NCBI GenBank assembly: GCA_900768725.1
Contig: CAAGDU010000154.1
Coordinates: 1-38,937 of the forward strand
Source of the DNA: Bacteroidales bacterium
Lineage (GTDB): Bacteria > Bacteroidota > Bacteroidia > Bacteroidales > Paludibacteraceae
Direction of reading: 5' to 3'
Length of the DNA stretch: 38,937 bases
The notes beneath the pieces were generated by a model. The model made no database searches. It was not told where the DNA came from and was given only the letters and a program-made list of their open reading frames with translations. The position numbers were made by a program, and so were the translations under genes. Below are positions 1 through 5,917 of the stretch, piece by piece (position 1 is the first letter of the stretch; each line of letters starts with the position of its first letter).

Positions 1-1
1 A

Positions 2-139
2 CCCTTTACAGCAATGAGAACGGACAAAACCTGCTACTACTGCAAGCACTTATGTTGCTACGGCTACCACCATTGGGGGTGCAGGCGCACGGATGAACCG
101 ACCAGCGCGGACAGCACCTGCCCCGAGTGGGAGGAATAG
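2..139 (+). CDS. Small Cys/His-rich protein. Either the 3' end of a gene entering from outside the window or a complete 41-aa ORF from ATG 14.
   Basis: Hand translation of frame 2 gives PFTAMRTDKTCYYCKHLCCYGYHHWGCRRTDEPTSADSTCPEWEE with stop TAG at 137-139. It is followed directly by the same GC-rich post-stop element seen after the two downstream ICE genes. Confidence 0.3.
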   Translation, partial: PFTAMRTDKTCYYCKHLCCYGYHHWGCRRTDEPTSADSTCPEWEE

Positions 140-147
140 CCACCACC

Positions 148-240
148 ACGAGCCAAGCCCCCGCAAAGGGCTTGGCTTTCGGGGACACGCCCACCACTGC
201 CGACAGGTCTTGCAGACACTGCCGGCTTTTTCTTCTTTGC
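148..240 (+). repeat. Post-stop GC-rich element, copy A: two hairpins then a T-run, so a likely terminator module.
   Basis: The sequence ccacgagccaagcccccgcaaagggcttggctttcggggacacgcccaccactgccgacaggtcttgcagacactgccggcttttt aligns almost base for base with 2371-2462. Stem agccaagccc/gggcttggct is 10 bp. The second stem is gccgacag...ctgccggc. Confidence 0.7.
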
Positions 241-277
241 ATAGTAGTATCAAGGACACGCCGCATCAAGCCAACAG

Positions 278-411
278 GTCGGCAATCTTAATAATCATAC
301 ATTTCGGACAGGGGGAGTTTCGTGGTAGTTCCTTCGTAGTTCCTTGGTAGTTCCTCGGTAAATTGGCGTATGAGGACGGCAAGTCGGAAGTCTTAACAAT
401 CGTACATTTTT
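278..411. repeat. Composite non-coding element: ~30-bp direct repeats (278-307 and 383-411) flanking 3.3 copies of an 11-bp iteron (325-360).
   Basis: gtcggcaatcttaataatcatacatttcgg matches gtcggaagtcttaacaatcgtacattttt. The iterons are gtagttccttc, gtagttccttg, gtagttcctcg, gta, in tandem with 11-bp (helical) periodicity. Confidence 0.6.
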
Positions 412-655
412 GCAAATTCGGGAAACGCTGCAGAGACCTATTCCCTGCGACACGCCCGCAGTGAGCCGTCTTCGGCGCAATAAGGAATAACTTCGGCATT
501 CTCCATGGCTCTGCTTGCGCCGCTATGAAGAGTGCCGGCCGTTATGGTTGCGCTTGCCCTGCGATGGGGCTCTTGTGCCGGTGGTCATCCGATAAGGTAT
601 AATCGGTTTAACTGCTTCATATTCGCATTTTTTTGAAATACTTGTTGCCGCACAA

Positions 656-875
656 AGTTCGTTGTCGAGTTTTGTTGAGATTGTTTTCGCACTGCAAAGG
701 TAAGACGTGGGCGCGGACGAAATGCAAGGTCAGGCAGTCCCTGTTTTGCAAAAAATCTTCCTTTTATGGCTACGCTATGCTCCACTATAAAAGAGTATTT
801 TGTGTCAAAAATCTTGCATTTCTGCACCCACTACCTTTTGAAAGCAGTGGAAAACAACTCAACTCGACAACGACT
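656..875. repeat. ~220-bp palindromic element with ~45-bp imperfect inverted arms (656-702 and 832-875) around a ~130-bp core.
   Basis: Perfect 12-bp inverted repeat: cgttgtcgagtt at 660-671 and aactcgacaacg at 861-872. The arms extend with small indels through gag-ttgttttc-cactgc-aaaggta. Each arm carries an outward-facing TACCTTTG-like box: minus strand 695-702 is an exact TAnnTTTG, plus strand 832-840 has one extra T. Confidence 0.6.
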
Positions 876-913
876 TTATACGCAAGTATTCACCAAAAAA
901 AATTCTTACGAAT

Positions 914-1135
914 ATGAAACAGTTAGCATTATTTCAGATGACCTCCGAGGCACAGAGCCTCGCCATCGCAGGACAAGCAAAGTTGGATAAACAATCTAAC
1001 ATCTCTTCCAACATTACCGCAAGTACGAGATTTTTCGATTGCGTTTGCGAGCCGAGCGCAGCGGACGAGGATTGCGATTGGGGGGATATTTATGACGAGT
1101 ACGAAGATTTTGAGTATTGCAGCCGTGTTTGGTAA
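914..1135 (+). CDS. Hypothetical small protein with an acidic Cys-containing C-terminus (73 aa).
   Basis: ATG ORF co-oriented with the ICE genes, sitting ~75 nt downstream of a -7-like box. I recognise no family. C-terminus is CDWGDIYDEYEDFEYCSRVW. Confidence 0.35.
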   Translation: MKQLALFQMTSEAQSLAIAGQAKLDKQSNISSNITASTRFFDCVCEPSAADEDCDWGDIYDEYEDFEYCSRVW

Positions 1136-1182
1136 CCAAGTAACAAATAACATATTTTTCTAACTATAAAATTATTACAACT

Positions 1183-1695
1183 ATGACAAAGACCGAGACA
1201 AGCGCAAAGAGCGCACAAGTAGCAACCGCAAAGGCAAGTGTTAAATCCGGAAAGATTATGACCGCCGCCGATTTATCAACCCCCGCACAAGCCGCCGAGA
1301 AGACCAAGACCGCACGACAGCAGGCAGCGCAAGAAAAGCGCGAGCAGTTAAAAGCCATTTCCGCCGAACTGCAAGCACAGCGCGACCTTATGCAGGTGAT
1401 GGGGATGGAAGACCTGCCGACTATTAACGAAATGTTGCACGACTATTATGCCAAGAAAAACAATATCACCGAACTGAATACTTTTGACCAGTGGAAAGAT
1501 AAGGGCTACCAAGTCCGCAGAGGAGAAAAGGCATTCTTATTTTGGGGCAAGCCGCGCAGCAAACAAAAGGCGGAGGAGCAACCCGCCGAGGAGCAGACCG
1601 AGCAGGAACAGCAGACCGAGCAGAACGCCGCAAGGAAAGACGAGTATTTCCCCATTTGCTACCTATTCGATATTAGTCAGTGCCGCAAACTATAA
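1183..1695 (+). CDS. ArdC N-terminal-domain-like ssDNA-binding protein (DUF1738-type) lacking a metalloprotease domain.
   Basis: The C-terminal half, LNTFDQWKDKGYQVRRGEKAFLFWGKP....EYFPICYLFDISQ, follows the ArdC-N pattern (Q..G..V+KGEK, then F..VFn..Q). The N-terminal part is low-complexity and K/A/Q-rich. It lies immediately upstream of ardA. Confidence 0.65.
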   Translation: MTKTETSAKSAQVATAKASVKSGKIMTAADLSTPAQAAEKTKTARQQAAQEKREQLKAISAELQAQRDLMQVMGMEDLPTINEMLHDYYAKKNNITELNTFDQWKDKGYQVRRGEKAFLFWGKPRSKQKAEEQPAEEQTEQEQQTEQNAARKDEYFPICYLFDISQCRKL

Positions 1696-1790
1696 CCACC
1701 ACCGCCCGAGGGGGCAACGGCAAAGCCGACCCCCGAAAGGGCAAACCACAAGACAACAATACAAATACTAACTTCAAAACCATTAAGACA

Positions 1791-2360
1791 ATGAACACAA
1801 CTTTTGAACCATTGACCCGCGAAGAAATTTTTGCCCACAAGATGAACCACGAGACCGAAAACCCCGCAATCTATTTGGGTACATATCGGAAGTATAATTG
1901 CGGCGACCTATACGGCAGATGGATAGACCTCACGACCTTTGACAGTTACGAGGACTTTTGCAACTATTGCGCCCGCGTGCATTTCGATGAACAAGACCCG
2001 GAATTTATGGTGCAGGACTTTGAGAACTATCCGCGCAGCCTCTACCACGAGGCAGGACTGCCCACGGAAGCGGAATTTGACCGCCTGCAAGAGTATGCCG
2101 AACTTGACGAGGACGAGCGCGAAGCGTATGGGTTATATTTGGACAACTACAACGAGCGTGCGGATATGGACGAATTTCGGGAGCATTATGTGGGCAAGTA
2201 CAGGAGCGGCGAAGAATTTGCCGAGTACCTTTGCGAGGAGTGCGGCTATTTGGAGAGCCTGCCCGGGTGGTTGCAGTGCTGCATTGATTACAAAGCCGTG
2301 TGGCGTAGTCTTGACACAGGCGGAGATTACAGCGAGTACGATGGGCATATCTTCCAATAA
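1791..2360 (+). CDS. ardA: Antirestriction protein ArdA.
   Basis: From ATG 1791: NPAIYLGTYRKYNCGDLYGRWIDLTTFDSYEDF, then a strongly acidic repeat-like body (DEDEREAYGLYLDNYNERADMDEF) and ...CIDYKAVWRSL.. characteristic of the ArdA family. The ORF-track start at 1680 adds an implausible basic leader. Confidence 0.85.
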   Translation: MNTTFEPLTREEIFAHKMNHETENPAIYLGTYRKYNCGDLYGRWIDLTTFDSYEDFCNYCARVHFDEQDPEFMVQDFENYPRSLYHEAGLPTEAEFDRLQEYAELDEDEREAYGLYLDNYNERADMDEFREHYVGKYRSGEEFAEYLCEECGYLESLPGWLQCCIDYKAVWRSLDTGGDYSEYDGHIFQ

Positions 2361-2370
2361 CCCGCCCGCC

Positions 2371-2462
2371 GAGAGCCAAGCCCCGAAAAGGGGCAAGGCT
2401 TTCGGGGACACGCCCACAAACAGCCGACAGGTCTTGCTGACACTGCCGGCTATCTTTTTGCG
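2371..2462 (+). repeat. Post-stop GC-rich element, copy B (likely terminator of ardA).
   Basis: gagagccaagccccgaaaaggggcaaggctttcggggacacgcccacaaacagccgacaggtcttgctgacactgccggctatcttttt matches copy A at 148-240. A shorter third relative follows the ArdC-N-like gene at ~1694-1750 (aaccaccaccgcccgagggggcaacggcaaagccgacccccgaaagggc). Confidence 0.7.
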
Positions 2463-2588
2463 TTTTCTACACTTTTTTCCAGATTCTTGAGGTAAGGAAA
2501 GTGTTATGCTTTTCTTTGTAGAAAGGTTGTAAAATGAATGTTTTTGCTTTTTTTTTGCAAAAAATTTGTTTTAGCAAGAAAAAAGTAT

Positions 2589-2596
2589 TATCTTTG
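2589..2596 (+). promoter_or_regulatory. Bacteroides-type -7 promoter box (TATCTTTG) for the ATPase/RloB pair.
   Basis: Exact match to the TAnnTTTG consensus, 53 nt upstream of ATG 2649, in an A/T-rich leader with upstream TTTG motifs. Confidence 0.5.
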
Positions 2597-2648
2597 CACC
2601 CGAAACGAGTGATAATTTCCTGCTTGAGAATAATTTAAGGCTTATATT

Positions 2649-3917
2649 ATGTTAGTGCAATTCAAATTCAACAACTACAAATGTTTCAAAAAAGAAACAG
2701 TATTTAACATAGTAGCATCCAATTACTATAGGGAGAAAATGGAGAATCTAATTCCGGTTCCCCAGTATGCTCTATTAAAGACCGCTGCTATTTATGGTGC
2801 GAATGCCAGTGGAAAGACCAAATTATTTCAAGCATTCAATTTTATGCGTGAAGTAGTTCTGACTTCTGCGGATACACAATCTAACAACTGGCAAAAGGGT
2901 TATAATCCATTTCTATTGGATACCTATAGTGCAGACCAACCAAGTGCGTTTGAGGTTGTTTTCTTGATGGATGGGATACAGTATCGATATGGTTTTGAAC
3001 TGAATAGCGAGCGCATTACTGCCGAATGGCTTTTCCGTAAAAGAAGTAGAGAAATCAAAGTATTGGAATTTGGTGAAGGAAAGTCCATATATTACAATGA
3101 GAATTACATTAACCCAAAGATTATGAAAAATTTGGAGGAGGCAAATATGTTTAGAGTTAATTCTCTAATTATTTCGTCTCTTTCGATGTGGAATGATACT
3201 CTTTCACTTAATCTGCTGAACTGGTTCAGAAGAAACAACATCATATCTGCTTCTTTGAATACAATGGCACCGCGCATTCTAACTGCGTTGGAGTTGCCCA
3301 AAATGAAAGCAAAGATGATTGATTTTTTGCGTTCCGCAGATTTGGGCATATTTGATGTAACTCCGAATGAATTAGCAACAGAAGACTTGCCCGACGAAAT
3401 AAAAAGGATGTTGCCGGAAGAGGCTGTTAATGGTCAGATTGTATCCGGAATCAGCATCTCGCACAAGAAATATGACGAACGGCATTTACCTGCCGGATAT
3501 GCCAAATTAAGTCTTGAAAAAGATGAATCATATGGTACATATCGCTTTTTATCTCTGGCTGCACCTATCATTAATGCATTGGAAAACGGGTCGGTTTTGT
3601 GGATTGATGAGATTGATAATGGATTGCATTATGATTTGGTTAGGGCACTCGTATCATTGTTCCAAGATGAAAAGACCAATATCCATAATGCTCAATTGAT
3701 TATCAATACTCATAACATTAGTCTTATTGATGAGGCAGACTTGTTTAGACGCGACCAAATCTTTATCACTAAAAAAGACCGTTATGGAGAGGCAAGTTTG
3801 ATACCCATTTCGGAATATAGTTTGAGAGAGACAGCCAAGGTAGGCAAACTATACCGAGAAGGTCGTTTTGGCGGAGTTCCTTATTTAGAGAAGCTGGGGA
3901 TAAATATTAACAAATAA
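2649..3917 (+). CDS. AAA_21/ABC-like ATPase (AbiLi / RloA-like, OLD-type ATPase architecture).
   Basis: Walker A is IYGANASGKTK. An ABC-signature-like ESYGTYRFLSLAAPI is present. Walker B is VLWIDEIDNGLH and the H-loop-like motif is INTHN. The N-terminal MLVQFKFNNYKCF beta-strand is typical of this family. The gene is AT-rich. Confidence 0.9.
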   Translation: MLVQFKFNNYKCFKKETVFNIVASNYYREKMENLIPVPQYALLKTAAIYGANASGKTKLFQAFNFMREVVLTSADTQSNNWQKGYNPFLLDTYSADQPSAFEVVFLMDGIQYRYGFELNSERITAEWLFRKRSREIKVLEFGEGKSIYYNENYINPKIMKNLEEANMFRVNSLIISSLSMWNDTLSLNLLNWFRRNNIISASLNTMAPRILTALELPKMKAKMIDFLRSADLGIFDVTPNELATEDLPDEIKRMLPEEAVNGQIVSGISISHKKYDERHLPAGYAKLSLEKDESYGTYRFLSLAAPIINALENGSVLWIDEIDNGLHYDLVRALVSLFQDEKTNIHNAQLIINTHNISLIDEADLFRRDQIFITKKDRYGEASLIPISEYSLRETAKVGKLYREGRFGGVPYLEKLGININK

Positions 3918-3929
3918 ACAGGTAGAGTT

Positions 3930-4616
3930 ATGAAGGATATTAATACAGAACCTGTTTTGTTAAAGGCTGAGGGACATACCCCGCTACAAAAGACGATGCT
4001 AATTGTTTGCGAGGGCAAAAATACTGAGGTGGATTATTTTGATAAATTTCAGATTCCGGGAATAACCATCGTACCCATAGGCATGGGATTGAGTACTACC
4101 ACGTTAGTTCGAGAGGTTGAGAGTATAAGGAAGCAATACCTAAAACGTAAAAAGCTGCAGAAATTTGACGAAATATGGGTTGTATTCGACAAGGATAATA
4201 ATAAAGATTTTGAAGCCGCAATCCAACTTGCATCATCGCTAAAGTATAAAGTTGCCTATTCCAATCAGGCTTTTGAATACTGGTTTCTTTTGCATTTCGT
4301 TGACCATCAAGGAGGGGCAATGCCACGTACTGATTATGCGAAAAAGATAAATGAGCATTTGAAACCTTATGGAATTGTGTACGATTCAAAATCAAAGCAT
4401 GTATCTGATGACATGTTCGATGTCTTGATGGCTTTCTTGCAGGATGCGTATGATAGAGCAAGTCGTCTTCTTACAATTAAGAAGAAGCAAAGGACAGAGT
4501 ATCAAGAATCCATTACTACTGTTCATCGCGTTGTACACTCTATAAACGGGATGACCACCACAGCAGAAAAACGCAAAGCAAAAAAGGAAGCAGATTCGAA
4601 AGCAAAAGCAAGATAA
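3930..4616 (+). CDS. RloB-family (Toprim-like) protein, AbiLii-like partner of the upstream ATPase.
   Basis: MLIVCEGKNTEVDYF supplies the Toprim Glu, EIWVVFDKDNNKDF is DxD-like, and AYSNQAFEYWFLLHF is the RloB signature. It sits 12 nt downstream of the ATPase stop and has a Lys-rich C-terminal tail. Confidence 0.9.
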   Translation: MKDINTEPVLLKAEGHTPLQKTMLIVCEGKNTEVDYFDKFQIPGITIVPIGMGLSTTTLVREVESIRKQYLKRKKLQKFDEIWVVFDKDNNKDFEAAIQLASSLKYKVAYSNQAFEYWFLLHFVDHQGGAMPRTDYAKKINEHLKPYGIVYDSKSKHVSDDMFDVLMAFLQDAYDRASRLLTIKKKQRTEYQESITTVHRVVHSINGMTTTAEKRKAKKEADSKAKAR

Positions 4617-4701
4617 AAGGAATCGTCAGCAATGAAATGCTGTGTCTATATGGAAAGATAATATTTGTTGATTGATTGTAAAAGTTAGGATATTCAAGAA
4701 T

Positions 4702-5598
4702 ATGATGCAAGAGGCGACGAAAGATATACTGACTGAGATTACGCCGCTGGAGCAGAGCGACTGTATGTATCTGCGGGCGGGCGAGAAGGAGATATTCAGT
4801 TATCCCCTGCATCGGCATGAAGAGATAGAGATTAACTTTATCGAAAACTGCTCGGGCAGGTTGCGCGTGGTGGGCGACAACATTGAAGAACTGGGTCAAA
4901 CCGAGTTGGTGCTGATAGGCAGCAATCTGGCGCATGCTTGGGAGCAGCCAGCGGGAGTAGGACCGCAGAAGATGCGCGAGATAACCATACAGTTTCATCC
5001 CAACCTATTGAGCGGTATCCTGCAAGACAAAGAGAACTTCCGCACTATCCGCGATTTGATTCAGCGCAGCCAACGCGGTGTGGCTTTTGGTGAAGAGGCT
5101 ACTCATCGTGTATTGGAGCGGCTGGAGGCATTGGCGCAGACGCCGAAGGGGTTCTATCGGTATGTTCGTCTGCTGGAGCTGCTGTATGAGTTGTCGCAAG
5201 AGCAGGATTATCACCTGCTGAGCAGCAGCCAGTTTGCAGAGGCAGACAGCAGTTCGGACAGCCAACGTATCAACAAGGCGATACAGTTTATCGAAAAGCA
5301 TTTTGTGGATGTGATTCGTATGCCCGATGTAGCGGCATTGGTAGGCATGACCCCGACTGCTTTCTCCCGCTATTTCAGTCAGCATACGGGCAGGTCTTTC
5401 TCCGATTTCGTCGTGGAAAAACGTATCGGGTTCGCTGCTCGGCAGTTGGTGAACACTACGGATTCGGTGGCAGAGATAGGCTACAATTCGGGCTTCTCCA
5501 CGCTAACCAACTTCAACAGGCTGTTTAAGCAACGTATGGGTTGCACGCCGAAAGCGTTTCGCGCGAACTACAACAAGCGGAAGATTGTGATTAGTTAG
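4702..5598 (+). CDS. AraC-family transcriptional regulator with an N-terminal cupin-like sensor domain (paralog 1).
   Basis: The cupin-like segment is FSYPLHRHEEIEINFIENCSG. The C-terminal double HTH is DVAALVGMTPTAFSRYFSQHTGRSFSDF...VAEIGYNSGFSTLTNFNRLFKQRMGCTPKAFR. Start chosen by alignment with the paralog at 8362. The ORF-track start is 4672. Confidence 0.9.
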   Translation: MMQEATKDILTEITPLEQSDCMYLRAGEKEIFSYPLHRHEEIEINFIENCSGRLRVVGDNIEELGQTELVLIGSNLAHAWEQPAGVGPQKMREITIQFHPNLLSGILQDKENFRTIRDLIQRSQRGVAFGEEATHRVLERLEALAQTPKGFYRYVRLLELLYELSQEQDYHLLSSSQFAEADSSSDSQRINKAIQFIEKHFVDVIRMPDVAALVGMTPTAFSRYFSQHTGRSFSDFVVEKRIGFAARQLVNTTDSVAEIGYNSGFSTLTNFNRLFKQRMGCTPKAFRANYNKRKIVIS

Positions 5599-5614
5599 GC
5601 GTTCATTGTTATTG

Positions 5615-5642
5615 GAAGAGAGAGTTCATCTCTCTTTTTTTG
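5615..5642 (+). terminator. Rho-independent-type terminator after AraC paralog 1.
   Basis: aagagagagttcatctctctt hairpin (gagaga/tctctc stem) followed by a T7 run. Confidence 0.55.
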
Positions 5643-5881
5643 CTATTCCCCGACAAATCGGGACAAACAGGGCAGCGGATGGTCTCGGCATAGGTTCGAT
5701 ATGGACGGCTGAATAGCCTACATTTCCCCTTTGCGGCTTGAAGCCGAGTGCACCATCCCGCCCCCTCCCCCCTCCCCTCCTTTCAGGAGAGGCGGGGGAA
5801 CCGAAATATGAAAAAGTGCTGCTCTGCATAAAAGTGTTAGTTTTTGCTAACATTTGGCATAATTGTTTGCCCGAAAAGCAG

Positions 5882-5889
5882 TATCTTTG
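5882..5889 (+). promoter_or_regulatory. Bacteroides-type -7 box (TATCTTTG) for the GH3 gene.
   Basis: Exact TAnnTTTG match 29 nt upstream of ATG 5918. Confidence 0.5.
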
Positions 5890-5917
5890 CCTGCGAATTT
5901 CAAAATTTATTAAAACC

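Larger units (their letters stand above)
1..2462 (+). mobile_element. Accessory/terminal segment of a Bacteroidota conjugative transposon (ICE)-like element. True boundaries cannot be determined in this window and may extend to ~4665.
   Basis: Co-oriented small genes including ArdA and an ArdC-N-like protein, which are typical ICE/CTn leading-region cargo. A post-stop repeat is shared by three genes. The adjacent block is compositionally foreign. No integrase, tra genes or att site are visible here. Confidence 0.45.

Noticed and set aside
266-600. Search for a tRNA gene or att site marking the ICE end (also examined 4617-4701).
   Set aside because: I could not fold a cloverleaf or find T-loop GTTCRANNC-type motifs by eye. 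No direct repeat pair delimiting the AT-rich island was found within the window. A tRNAscan/Infernal run and comparison with an empty site would be needed.
585-990. ORFs 585-827 (-), 633-917 (+) and 766-990 (+) across the palindromic element.
   Set aside because: They are mutually overlapping, span the inverted arms and promoter-like boxes, and have hydrophobic/basic junk-like translations with no motifs. Only the downstream 914-1135 ORF is kept, at low confidence.
1680-1790. Upstream extension of the ArdA ORF (track start 1680), and the overlapping out-of-frame ORFs 1484-1771 and 1939-2490.
   Set aside because: The extension is a basic low-complexity read-through of the post-stop repeat and overlaps the upstream gene's end. 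ArdA homology begins right after ATG 1791. The other ORFs are out-of-frame shadows rich in R/T/S.
4540-4998. Minus-strand 152-aa ORF overlapping the RloB 3' end and the AraC-1 5' end.
   Set aside because: It overlaps two well-supported + strand genes, bridges a compositional boundary, and has no signal, motif or promoter support.
5738-5917. N-terminal 60-aa extension of the GH3 ORF (track start 5738).
   Set aside because: The extension translates the poly-C/G repeat module (PSRPLPPPLLSGEAGEP) and contains the TATCTTTG -7 box. ATG 5918 gives a proper lipoprotein-type signal (MKNMRYLVYGLFVILSMTAC).
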